This document shows positions 25,412 through 37,600 of a DNA stretch of 64,000 bases, one piece after another. The stretch is from Felis catus (Eukaryota): NCBI RefSeq assembly GCF_018350175.1, contig NC_058368.1:189412001-189476000 (forward strand), given 5' to 3'. Position 1 is the first letter of the stretch, and each line of letters begins with the position of its first letter. A model generated the notes under the pieces. That model was not told the origin of the DNA, searched no databases, and worked only from the letters and a program-made list of their open reading frames with translations. Both the position numbers and the translations under genes were made by a program.

Positions 25412-25768
25412 ACTGGATTATGCTGTTATAACAAACAACTGCCAAATCACAACTAGTGATCTTTATGTCTTGCTCACACTACATGTCCATTGTAGGTATG
25501 CTGGGAGCTCCGCTTCAGTATCAGGCTAATGGAGCAGCCACCATCTGGAGTATTGCTATTCAGCAGGGCAAAGGGAAACATAGAGTTTTTTGTAAACCAT
25601 GCACTAGCAAACAAGGCTTCCACACAGAAATGACACATCCTCCTTCCACTCACATTTCGTCAGTCAAAATAAATCACAAGGCCACACATAGTTCCAAGGG
25701 CGAGGAAAATGCCACCCTATTAGCCCAGGAGCAGAAATATTTGGTGAATGGCACTTGTGACAATCACA
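25412..25768 (-). mobile_element. MaLR solo LTR (MLT1I/J-like)
   Basis: TTATGCTGTTATAACAAACAAC..GGAGCAGCCACCATCTGG..TTCCACTCACATTTC..GAAATATTTGGTGAAT. Confidence 0.75.
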
Positions 25769-25872
25769 GCTAGCATGTGAAAAAGCTCAAGCTTCCTCTA
25801 CATTAATTTTTTAAATTATTTTTACTAGTTACTTGCTTCTATAATCTCTTTATTCTGATCATTTTTTTCTAA

Positions 25873-25929
25873 ATTATTTTGATTGATTTATTGATTTTAG
25901 AGAGAGAGAATGCAAGCAGAGAGGGGTAG

Positions 25930-25972
<43 letters not shown>

Positions 25973-26086
25973 CTTAAGCAGGCTCCATGCTCTTCACAAA
26001 GCCTGATAAGGGATTGGATCCCACAACCCTGGGGGTCATGACCTGAGCAGAAATCAAGTCAACTGACTGGGCTACCCAGGTACCCC
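25873..26086 (-). mobile_element. Can-SINE
   Basis: reverse head ..GCTACCCAGGTACCCC; (GA)n linker; TSD TTTTTCTAA on both sides. Confidence 0.9.
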
Positions 26087-27249
26087 TGTTTTTCTAACTT
26101 AAATAAGATGTTTACTTATTAATTTTTAGTCTTTCTTCTTTTCTATTATAAGCAAATATAGCTTTGAATTTTCTTCTAGCACCATCTTTCTTTTATATCC
26201 CACAAATTTTAATATGTAATGTTTTTGTTATTGTTCAGATCCAAGAATTTTCTAATTGTCACTATAGTTTACCTTTTGATACAAGTTATTTAGAATTATG
26301 CTCTTCTTAGTTTCTATACATCAAATATTTTGGGGGGGAGATTAATTTTGTTTGTCTTAACTATGGTAAGAAAGTATGAATCAGTCTATATGAATCAGTA
26401 TCCACATGGCACTGATTTTTTTTTTTATGATGATTCTTAAAAAATTGTTGGGATTGGTTTATGGCCTAGTAGAGTCAATTTTCATAAAGTTACATGTGTC
26501 TTTGAAAATGATTATCTTTTCATTGTTAGGTTATAGAACTACATGTGATACATAAATCAATGTTGTTAATTTTATTACTCAAATATTCTCTACTCTTACC
26601 AATATTTTATCTGCTTGATCTATCAGTTTTTGAGAAAAGTTATATTTAAGTTCCCACTATGATGTTTGTCAGTTTCTTTTTGTAATTCTTTCAGTTTTGA
26701 CTTTATATAATTTGAAACTATGTTATTGGGTACACACAAATTTAAGAACATTATCTTTCCCTAATGAGTTGAAACATTTTCATTTAAATGGCAACACTCT
26801 TTATCTTCAATAATGGTTCTGTCTTAAACTGTTATTTCATTGGATATTAACAGAGCTCTATAATCTTTCTTTTGTTTGCCAGCTATACCTTTTTCTATCC
26901 TTTTATTCTCACCCTTTCTATGCTCTTATAATTTTAGGTGGCTCTCTTTCAAAAAACAAACAACTGGATTTATATATGTGTTGGTTTCCTTTTTTCTCCT
27001 TTCTCCTTCTCAATTGCTTGTGTTATCTCATTCAATTTTTTTTTCTAAGATTATTTTCCTTCCTTCTGAAGCCCATCTTTTAGAAGTGATTTTGTTAGGA
27101 ATTGTTGGTAGCTTATAAACACTTTTAGTTTTTGTCTATACTCAAGTTTCTTTTTGTTTCCAACCATTCTTTAAAGATGGTTTACTTGGACATATAATTC
27201 TAGGTTGATAGATTTTATGCAAGTTTCTTTTTGTTTTCAACCATTTCTT

Positions 27250-27463
27250 AAAAAATATTTATTCATTTTTGGGAGACAGAGAGACAGAGTGCAAGCAAGG
27301 GAGGGGCAGAGAGAGAGGGAGACACAGAATCTGAAGCAGGCTCCAGGGTCTGAGCTTTGAGCTGTCAGCACAGAGCCAGACGCGGGACTCGAACCCACAA
27401 AGCACAGGATCATGACCTGGGCCAAAGTTGGATGCTTAACCAACTAAGCCACCCAGGTACCCC
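27250..27463 (-). mobile_element. felid Can-SINE (SINEC_Fc-like)
   Basis: GAGCTGTCAGCACAGAGCC; AGCCACCCAGGTACCCC; TSD about TGTTTTCAAC(C/T)ATT. Confidence 0.95.
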
Positions 27464-28717
27464 TGTTTTCAACTATTCTTGAAAGATAGCTTACTTGGAT
27501 ATATAATTCTAGGTTGACAGATTTCTGCTTTCAGTCTTTGAAGATATTCTGGACTCCATTGTTGCTACTGAAAGTCAGTCTTCATTGTTTATGTTCCATT
27601 TGTAGAAATTATAACTAAGTGTATAGAGGATCTGGAGGTCTTTTTCTAATTGCTGTTAATATCTCTTTGTTTTGTTATTGTGTTTGGCTACAGATTTACT
27701 TCTATTTATCTTGTTCATTATTCTTTCTTAATCTGAGAATTTTATTAACTCCAGGAAATTCTCAGTTATTATCTCCTCAAATATTGCCTCCTTTGTTATT
27801 CTCTTCTTCTGGAACTCTGTTTAGACATAGTTTAGACACTCTTACTCTATCACTCCATTTTCTTAACATTTTCAATTTCTTCCTCTGTGTTGCATTCTGT
27901 GTAATTCCTGCAAGTTTATCTTCCAATCCACTAATTTGCTTTTTAATTGTGTCTAATCTGCAATTTTATCCATCTATTAACTTTTTATTTCAATAACTCT
28001 GTTTTTTGAAGTTTTATTTGCTTTCTTTTTCAAATTCACCCAAGAGTTTTACTGTCTCTTATTTATTACTTTCAGCATAATTCCTCTCATAGAAGATTAG
28101 CATAAAAAACAGACATATGTATAATATCTCATAATAACAACAGTAATCAAGACATGATGCTCCTTATATAAACAACTGCAAGGCAAATCCGCCCCCCCCC
28201 CCCCCGCCACTCTGAGTTCAACTTTAAGGAATAAAAGAGATTTTCTCTTATAATGCCATCTTTCATTGGATAATAATACTTATGCAGACATGTTCTCCTT
28301 TGGTCCTAAGTGTTTGAAAGCTTAGAACCTATATTTATCCTCAAGTACTATAGCTTTCCTCAGTCAAGACTTTTTGATTCAACCATTCTTCTTTCCATCC
28401 TACTTCAAAAAACAAAAACAAATAAACAAAACTTATATCCATGTATTCACTTCTATTATATCTATATTTTCTATTATAAGCCTACTCAGATCTTTGGAAA
28501 GTATGTGAGGCAAAAGTAATCATAACAAATGTCCCTGGGCCTCATTTTCACTATCTGTCAAAGTAAAGGTTACACTAGATGATTATTCTTCTTTGGTGCA
28601 AAAAAGAATGAAACTTCTAGCAAAACATAGTTGAAAACTTATGGTAAGTCTTCTAAATGAAGACTTTCAACCTAAACTATTAAGAACATCTTAATATAGC
28701 AATATATCTTAAGTTTA

Positions 28718-29423
28718 TGTGGGGGAATCATTAAAATAACCCAGCTTCAAGAACTCTGCAACTCCTATAAAGAAATGGAATCTTTCCGGGTACCTGGGTG
28801 GCTCAATCAGTTAAGCATCTGACTTCGGCTCAGATCATGATCTCATGGTCCATTAGTTGGAGTCCTGCACTGGGCTCTGTGCTGACAGCCTGGAGCCTGC
28901 TTTGGATTCTGTGTCTCCCTCTCTCTCTGCCCCTCCCTCACTCATTCTCTGTCTCTGTCTCTGTCTCTCTTTCAAAAATAAATATCAAAAGAAGTAAAAA
29001 GGAAATGGAATCTTTCTCTTCAACCCTTGGATCTTCACTGGCTTTGTGATTTGTTTTGATCAGTAGAGTGATCAGTTCTAAGAATAGATGTTAAGAGGAT
29101 TTGCCACTGTGTTCTCATATTCTTGAAATAATCCCATCACAATGTGAAGAAGCTCAAGTTAGTCTCCTTGGAGATGAGAGACCACATGGAGGCCCATCCA
29201 ACAGTCAACACCAACCCCCAGATGTGTAAATGAGGCCATGTTGAATCACTAGCCCATACTAAACCACCAGCTGATATGTGACCACAAGTATGAGTCTAGT
29301 TAAGACCAGCAAAAGAACCCAGTCCAAATTGCTGAACCACAGAATCATGAGGTAATAAATAATTATTGTTTTAAACCACTGACTTTTGGGTGGTTTGTTA
29401 TACAGCAATAGCCAACTGATACA
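28718..29423 (+). mobile_element. MaLR solo LTR (MLT1F/G/H-like) carrying a SINE
   Basis: TG..CA termini; 3' end AATAAA..TTGTTTTAAACCACT..GGTTTGTTATACAGCAATAGCCAACTGATACA. Confidence 0.85.
28788..29001 (+). mobile_element. felid Can-SINE (SINEC_Fc-like)
   Basis: GGGTACCTGGGTGGCTCA head; GTGCTGACAGC; perfect 15-bp TSD GAAATGGAATCTTTC at 28772-28786 and 29002-29016. Confidence 0.97.
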
Positions 29424-29538
29424 GTTATTATAATCATTATCATTTCATTTGATGCTCTTCACAACTCTGTGAAATAAGCAAGATAGATAAGATCCCCATT
29501 AAAAAAATAAGAAAATAGACTGTATTACTTTCCTGTCA

Positions 29539-29772
29539 CAGTGGACTCTCAAATGGGATGTGTGGAAAATGACTTAAATAGATATAGAAACAGTACAGCC
29601 TATATTTATCATTATTTTCTTTAAAAAAAAAAGAAACAAGTAGAACTTTTCTAATATCAATATATAGCAAGTAACATGTATATAATTTATAACAATTGTG
29701 CATACATTAGAGATGCATGCTCAAAGATGTTTTAGTGATAGTGATGTGACATGAAAAAGTTTGTAAACAATT
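29539..29772. mobile_element. hAT-Charlie-type element (Charlie4-like)
   Basis: CAGTGGACTCTCAAA start; GCATGCTCAAAGATGTTTTAGTGATAG..AAAAAGTTTGTAAACAATTG end. Confidence 0.5.
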
Positions 29773-31156
29773 GCTTTAGGCAAAATGGTAGAAGAGAATA
29801 GTTTAGAATACAGCTCTGTGAACACTAGTATCCCTAACTAGACTATAGGACCCCCAAACCCAAAGAACAGGAAAAATTGAGCAGAATTTAAAAATGAATA
29901 GAAGATTTGCTACAGCAAATGAAAGAAGTTCCAAAGACTAATTGCTTTCCTTTGAGGAATTAGGCGTGATAGTTAAAAATTCAAATTATATAGTTTTCTA
30001 AAGCATAAATAAAATATCTCAGTGTGGAAGGAATGCATTTTTTAAAAACAGAATAGATTAATTTAAATTGTACCCTGGTGGGCATTTCATAATTAGGTTT
30101 ATATATGATTGCATCTGGAAAACATCATTCTTCTCAATAGGAAAATTATACAATACGTATTATATTGTGGGAGAATCACATGAAATTATTTTGTTTCTCC
30201 CATCAGCATGAAGGTCCCATCTTGCTTCAAGAATAATTATGAAACTATCTTATCATGTATGTTATATGGAATAAAAATGTCAATGGTCTCAAAATTCCAT
30301 ATACAGCAGATAGGAACAAAATTGTTTCTTGAAATTCAGTTGATAATTCATTGAACCTAAACCATGTTCTCTAATAATGTCACCAAGGGAAAGATATTGG
30401 AATCCAGTTCTGCGATCAGCTAGCCAAGGATTTTTACATGGTTGTGTTTATCAGGAATCATGAGGATTAGTGAGTTAATACATCTGAAACTCTTACAATA
30501 GTGACACAAAAATTGCTCAGTGCAGGTTACAAATTATGAGTATGGGAATGGGAATAAATACGTCATCTTTGGGAAACCTTTGGACTGGCCCGTCTCCTTG
30601 CCTTCACATTAACAACACTATTTCCAAGTAGGAGCCATTGTCATCCTGGGTGCCTTGGAAGTGACCATTATCTAAGGTAATCTTCCCAGAATCCCTAATG
30701 AGGAAGCAAGCTCAAGAAATTAAATGAATTTCCCATGAAAACTCACATCAAAGTCTAAAGGTCTCCTAAGCCTTTGCTCTCTCTATATATCAGGCTGCCT
30801 ACACCCATCATTCTAGGACAAATCCAATTTTATATTAGAGCTAACGTCAATCTCAGAGGTAACCTCATGGATGCTTTGGAGTCTTCTCCCTTCTTCTAGG
30901 GTCCAGGATGAGGGACTTTCCCAGTTTATAACCAGTGTGCCATGACCCAAAAGCCCTGATACGATATGACTCCCTTGTTCACACACACATAAATACACTG
31001 AAGTGGCTTTACGAAAGACCTCATTAAAACTTCACCAAGAAATACCTTCACTTATAATAAGCATAACAAACACACCATCAGTTCATACACACTGTGAAGG
31101 GCAGGGAAAATAAACCATCTTTCAGAGGTCAGCCCAGTTTGGGCTTTCCTTTAGTA

Positions 31157-31361
31157 CAGTGGCTTTCAACTGGGGGTGATTTTCCCCCAAGGGAACAACT
31201 GACAATATCCAGAGACAAATGGGAATGAAGGAGTGTACTACTGGCTGCTGGTGGATAGAAGTTAGGGGTGTTGCTAACATCTTACACAGCACAGGACAGC
31301 ACCCTACAACAAAAAATAACCCAACCCCAAACCTAGCTATTGTCACCATTAAGAATCCCAG
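31157..31361 (+). mobile_element. MER20 (hAT-Charlie) with intact 8-bp TSD
   Basis: CAGTGGCTTTCAACTGGGGGTGATTTT..GCACAGGACAGC; TSD CTTTAGTA at 31149-31156 and 31362-31369. Confidence 0.9.
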
Positions 31362-31399
31362 CTTTAGTACCTATGAAACTAAGGTGCCTCCTGTAATAG

Positions 31400-31600
31400 C
31401 ATACATACTTCTAGCTGACATTAGGCAACTTGCTTTAACTCTCACAACCTCTTTTTGATTTGTCAATAAAATGGGGGTAATAATAATACCTACCTTACCA
31501 AATTATTGTGAGGATTGAACAAGAAGATCTATGTGAAAGCCCCAGTATAGTGTCTGTCTTGCAATGAACATATTAAACATATGAACATATTAAACAGTTG
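31400..31600 (+). mobile_element. MIR SINE
   Basis: TAAAATGGGGGTAATAATAATACCTACCTTAC..TTGTGAGGATTGAA. Confidence 0.8.
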
Positions 31601-31739
31601 CATCTTTCATTCAGTAAATATATATTGAGTCACAAGATGCAGTGAACATAGCAGTGTGTAAAACCCTTATTGTTTCTGTGTTCAGAGAACCACAATCTAC
31701 AGGGGGAGACAGACATTAATCAAAGAGTCACACGAACAT

Positions 31740-31976
31740 GGGGCGCTTGGGAGCCTCAGTCAGTTAAGCGACTGACTCTTGATTTTGACTCAGATGATGA
31801 TCTCACAGTTCATGGGATCAAGCCCCACGTCAAGCCCATGTCGAGCCCTGTGTGGGGCTCCACACTGATGGCACAGAGCCTGCTTGGGATTTTCTCTCTC
31901 CCTCTCTCTCTCTGCACCTCTCCCATTCACACACACACTCTCTCTCAAATTAATAAATAAACATTAAAAAAAAAAG
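31740..31976 (+). mobile_element. Can-SINE inserted in an L2 remnant (L2 at about 31605-31735, minus strand)
   Basis: GGGGCGCTTGGG..CTCAGTCAGTTAAGCG head; A-tail; TSD AGTCACAC(G/A)AACA. Confidence 0.95.
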
Positions 31977-33771
31977 TCACACAAACAATAAAAATTGGTT
32001 GTCATTATTGTTGTTATTATTAATAAGAAAATTTCTTCCTTTTGTGGACTTCTCCATGCTTCTACTCCTAAGCCTTTTCTGTGATTTTTCTGATATAATC
32101 TAAGAAGGGCTAATACCAAAGGTGAGTGGGCTAAAAGTTTTCCATGCCCACACCAGGATGGAAGAGGAGAAAAGCTCTTTGCTCATCTGTCAGCTCTTCG
32201 GCCTCTGAGAAAAGCTGCCCCCAACTTCTAATTGCCTGCTCCCAACTCCACAGTGTCTGGGGAAGGGCACGTGATCCACAGGCAGCCCTGACACCTTGCT
32301 GTGTTGCTATAGTAAGGATGCCCTTTATTGATCAGACTTGCCTGGAGTCATGTAACTCCCCAGACTGCTGCTGGGCTCCCCAAGGGGCAGTTGGCAGGCA
32401 GCAGTGTCTCTCTGGACCAAGGCTGATCCCCAGCCCTGCCCTTTCTCCCACCCTGGACACATGAAGGCTGCCCACAAAAGCACCTAATGCTTCTTTGTAG
32501 TGTCTTGTCATTCACACACTAATTTGAAGTCACAGATCAAAACCGGTTGGAGACACCAGGGAAAAGAGATTTGAAGATTCCCCGTCTTCCCTAAAGCAAT
32601 GCTGCAGTCCTGCATCAGCAGCCAACAAACCCCATTGTTTTCCCCAGAGGATCTCTCTCCTACCCTTTAATTTCACCACTTTCTAGAGTCTCTCCATCTT
32701 GCCAACATTTTTATTATAGGCGGTTTGACACTGTATCTTAGAAGAAGTGCAATAGGTCTGCTACCGATTAGAAAGTTGATGCCCCAAGAGGTTAACAGAC
32801 TTGCTCAAAGGTCACAGTTCTGGTTAGTAACTACATAACCCAGAGACACACCCCATTTCTCTAGTACCCTCAGAGAATTAGGCAACCAGAAGGCGTTTTC
32901 ACATGGACCTTCCTTTTTTTTTATTTATTAGCTTTTTAAAAGCCAAGTTTAATACTTTTTTCCTATAAATATTTGCATAGAAATATAGGTGAGGGGTCAT
33001 TATTTCTAAAAATATGGCATTAAAGTTTTCTTGCTTGCTCATGAACTCCAAATGTCATTGAATATTCATGTTTATCTATTGAACATCCACCTCCACCCCC
33101 ACCCCCACCCCCACTGCTCATGTGTTGGTGATCTATGAGATCACTGTGGGTACTTATTGGTGAGGGTGCTCAGGCAGAGTGTTCACATAATTAAGTAAAA
33201 ATCATATAACAAGTCAGCAGCACTGCCAGAATCTGGGGGTTGTTGTTAATGCAAAATTCTTTCATCCCTAGAAGAAAAATATGCAGGAAGTATTCTATAG
33301 TGCTCTAGCCCATACCAGTGGAAGGCATCACTAATCAATCACAGTACACTTTCCTTTCAAACATAGATTCAGTCTCAGAATCCTTCTCAAGACCATGGTC
33401 CAAGCAGCTGTTCCCCCATCAACAAGTCCAACATAATATGTGGTGATATGGGAAAGCCTCTTGAAGCAGAGTCCATTACACATGAGACTTAAAGATAGGA
33501 GATAAGACTTAAGCAGGAGATAAGGTGGACTAGGTAGGAATTCAGGACATTGTCTCTTATCATTCACTCACCTCCTAATACCTTAGTGTGAATTAACTTA
33601 CTATATTAATATGTAGAGGATAACACAAGGGAGACAAAAAGTATAAGAAATTTCCCCCAAGGAATTATGTTTGAATAGAGGATCTGGACACCAAAAAGAA
33701 GACAGTGGGCACTGAGCACTTTGCTAGAAAGAAAGAATACTGTCAGCTAGGTGAGGCTGCTGACAATCAAC

Positions 33772-34408
33772 TGTATCAGTCAGGATTCAGTCAGAGAACT
33801 AGAACCAAGAGAAGAGATATGTATGTATGTACATATGTATATGTGTATATTATACGATGTAACACAGGAATTTAACTTTATACAATTGTGGTAGCTTGTT
33901 AAACAGACTCTGTAAAGCTGTGGTCTTCATATCTCATGCTGGATCATGGAGCCTGTAAGGCAGGCAGTAGGAAAGGGAAGATGGGCATAAAGTGAACAAA
34001 GACAAGCTGGAAGCCACTGCATGAACTGGAGCCCACAAGGAAGAACCAAAACCTATGTAAGTTCTCATTGCTTCTGACCTACATGGTGTGGATTTACTGC
34101 AGAAGCACAGGTCTTTCATCATGGATCTAAACACACGCAATGCCCAAGAGCTGGAAAAACTGAAGGAGAGTCCCCAAGAAGAAGGAATAGTTGGAGACCT
34201 GCCTGACTGCTGCCTCATGCAAAGGAGGTGATCCTTCAGATAAGGTACGATGTGTGAGAGCTACAGAATGGCTACTACTTCATGTCCAACCTCCAAACCT
34301 CACACAAGGAACCTCTCTGGCAGCCCACCACAACTGGATACAAAACAGGGAGGAGATTTGGGAACACGAGGTTCAACCTAGTAAGTTGTTATATTACAAA
34401 GCCATCCA
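33772..34408 (-). mobile_element. ERVL solo LTR (MLT2E/F-like)
   Basis: TGTATCAGTCAGGATTCAGTCAGAGAA start; ..AAGTTGTTATATTACAAAGCCATC end matches a reversed MLT2 5' terminus. Confidence 0.75.
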
Positions 34409-34429
34409 ACTGAAAGATGGACTAGTAAT

Positions 34430-34915
34430 GCCAGTTCTTGCCTACTCACCAGCACCCCCTGCTACTCCTCTCCCCTCTAGAACCCCACACAGCTGTGACC
34501 ATCTCTAGATACAGATGACTGGACTAGGAAAGACATTTGACCCAAGGAAAATCAATCCATGGGCTCAATGAACCATCAGTTATTCTCTCTGTCTCTCTGT
34601 CTCTCTCTCATTTGAACAAAGCACACAGAGACTCCACTGGTTAGATGTCTGAGGGGGTTTACAGAGACTGAGTAGAAGTTGACATGTCCATCCAGACCCT
34701 GTGCAAGCAGGGAGAGCTGAAGCAGAGAGGCCAGCAATAATGAGAGAGATTCTGTGACACTTGAGCAACACAAAGGCCCCTCAGTTCCTGGCTTTCTTTG
34801 AGGGGCCCAACTGTACTTTGCTTTCTGTGTAAACACATAATGGCCAACTGTAATAAAAACTCTACTTTCACCTTTATTTTTGCCAGCGGGGCTCTTTCTG
34901 GGTTTTGCAGACAAT
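34430..34915 (+). mobile_element. old MaLR-like LTR remnant
   Basis: GACATTTGACCCAAGG..ATCAATCCAT; CAGTTCCTGG; AATAAA then GGGTTTTGCAGACAA. Confidence 0.5.
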
Positions 34916-35206
34916 CTGTTCCTAAGTCAGAAAACCAAGGTTGAATTCAATTAGTACCTGCTTCCCAATTACCCAATTCCTCCCTAGTTATCGTATTCAG
35001 TGACACAGATAACAAAAGTTAGAAGTGCTTCGATTCACATTCACAAAGATGCACCATGAAATCATAGTAACTTGGAGTAAGTGGCAGAAAAAATGAGAGC
35101 CGAAGGAGTCACGCAAACATCTCCCTCTCGTGCTGAGTGCTGGGCACATCACGTCATGTCAGCAGAGGCTTCATAAGGTAGTGAGAGGGGGGCAATTTCA
35201 ACTCAC

Positions 35207-35278
35207 TGCTACTCCTAAAGTGTGCACTTGAGAGATGGCGCTCTTCCCAGAGCTGTCAATCTTCCAGCATTCACGATC
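35207..35278 (-). other. candidate 72-nt cassette exon
   Basis: acceptor ATTTTCAG|G and donor GCA|GTGAGT; open in phase 0 (DRECWKIDSSGKSAISQVHTLGVA). Confidence 0.25.
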
Positions 35279-35799
35279 CTGAAAATCGATTTAATAGAAC
35301 ATTTTAAAGGAACTTTTTCAAAACTTTATGCCAAAAAGAAAAAAGAAAAAGAAAGAGCAAGGTGTTAATTGCACTTTAGAGCTTCAGGTGCTTTTCAGTC
35401 CAGGATCTCAAAGTATTTGATGAACTCTTATTTCACAAAGCCTTGCTTTACCCCTTAGTGGGAACAGATCAGTATTGTTGAGTTCGTTTTACAATATGGA
35501 GAAACTGAGGCCCTACTCAAAAAAGACGAGAATGTCACTGCTTCCAATTTTTGACTTCAAGAGGAATTAAGGGGAAAATGTGGCTCATTTAGATCATAGG
35601 CTTTGTAATTGCCTCAGATTGAGATATCATGTCATGCATATTTCAGTTGCAAATACTCTACTCAAGATGTCAGGTTTCACTGGCCAGTATGCCATTGCCA
35701 CAAGATTGGAAACATGCAGGCAGCTAATAGCCCACATCCTTACAATTCTACAAACAAAAATGGAAAGAAAGTGCATTTATCCAAGCTTCTTTTTTTCTA

Positions 35800-36060
35800 A
35801 AAATCTCAAGGAAGAATTCTGAGTGGTTTGGGTTTGCATGCCCACACTGGCCAATTGCTGAGGTTAGAGAGATGCATACTGTGATTGGCCAGGCCTAGGC
35901 CACATGTGTCACCCCTCATGACCAATGGGAGCAGGGAATACCGCCAGAAAAAGAGGATTAGCCAAGATATAACCAGCAGAGGAATTGCGGCCTGAGCAGC
36001 CATCCCAAGTTGTGTCTTCAATAAACCTACCTCAGCAAAAAGAGGTAGCCAAATGCACAC
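35800..36060 (-). mobile_element. MLT1 LTR fragment
   Basis: TGTGATTGGCCAGGCCTAGGCCACATGTG. Confidence 0.55.
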
Positions 36061-37409
36061 ATCTTATCTTCTCCCTGTCTTAAGCCCTCTAATATAAAGA
36101 TGCCTTGGCCCTAAATCTTTGTGTGGGCACACACTTGATATCTTAGGGTAAAATCTTAGCAGAGGCACACCTGGGTCAAATGATACTCACATTTTTAGGG
36201 TTTTGATCCTCTTTGCTGACCTGCTTTTCGGAAAAGGGGTACAAATTTACATCCCCACCAGTGTGTGGATGTATTATCATTATTATTTTTATCTGATTCC
36301 TAAAGAAAAGTCAAACATACCATAAAATGGCCAATAGGAGACAGAAAAGAGAAGAAGGAAAAGATCCAAATAAATTACCACTTAAACAATCAAGATTAGA
36401 ACTGAGAAATGTTTGTCCTGATGAGGTATGAATGAAATCTGGCAAAAGATAGATGATGCTGGATCCTTATCTATGAGCAACGGCCATGACCTTTCAGAAT
36501 CAGGCAGCAATGTGAATAAGAAATGTCCCTCATGTCAGGCAGCTGAGCATTTAGAAGTAGCTGGCCATGCATAGCTTACTTCCCCAGTCTCCTCTGACAA
36601 GAAAACCAGATGAACTCCCGGCAGCATGCAGATGGGATTATGTTTCTCATGTTTCTCAAAGATCACAACCCATTGAAGCCAGGGCAACGCACCTGTCAGA
36701 GGCAGACTCTGCCCCATAACTGCCCCGATGAACTGTGGGCTAATTGCCACTGGCAAAAATAATCTCCACAGATTCCAGCAGGCATCATAAATAACAAGGG
36801 GCTCTGTGACAGTGCATTATGACAAGGTCTCAATCGCTCTTATCTTTTACTAGAGTGGAGCTTGTGCATTTGTGTTACTAATGAATCTTTCTCATTTGTG
36901 CAAGTGATGTTTCCATTTGACAATGACATGAACATAAAGCGGAGGTTTATGGAGGTTAATTTACTCCATTGTGAGAGGTTCATTATTTAACCTGACGTTG
37001 AGGACAAAACAATGTAGCTTAATAGATGACAAATAGAAATTAGTTGTGATGAATTTTGCCATTTAATTCTAGCAGGCTTACTGACTGTTTGCCATAAACA
37101 TGGCAAGAAAGCAGGAGTTAAACTCTCTGTGGGCGGGGTTTGCTCCCGCTGCTATTTTCAGGGTACCATGCAAGGATCAGGAAACCTTCGTTGGGAGGGT
37201 CTATTGGAAACAAGTGATGTCCAGTTACACAAAAGACTCTGGAGCCCTATGGTAATGCCCTGTCATTTGGTCATGTTTTACTGGACTGCTTTTCTTTAAC
37301 ACCAGATAAACAATTGACCTACAAGCCTAGACACTAGAAGTCGTATTGAATTTTGATAGATGATAGCATTAGCATCTAAAGCCCTATACTTGTGCCTTTT
37401 TTTTCTTTC

Positions 37410-37600
37410 ACATGAAGGTAGCTGAGCAATAACAGGAATGAGCTATAATTCTACAGTCAGAGCTTATGTTTGAATTCCAGACCAACCAGTCAGTAACTAG
37501 ACGGTTTTCTTAGTTAGTTATTCAGCTTTTCCTCACCTCAGTTTCCTCAACCATAGAATGAGAATGATAATAGTATTTACCTCGTATTTTAGATCAGGAT
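37410..37600 (+). mobile_element. MIR SINE
   Basis: CCTCAGTTTCCTCAACCATAGAATGAGAATGATAATAGTATTTACCTC. Confidence 0.8.

Larger units (their letters stand above)
25800..28070 (-). mobile_element. ancient L1 internal fragment (ORF1/ORF2 junction region) with two SINE insertions
   Basis: T-rich strand with L1M-type motifs: TTTATGGCCTAG, TCCCACTATGAT, ATAATTCTAGGTTGACAG, GGAACTCTGTTTAGAC. Confidence 0.7.
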
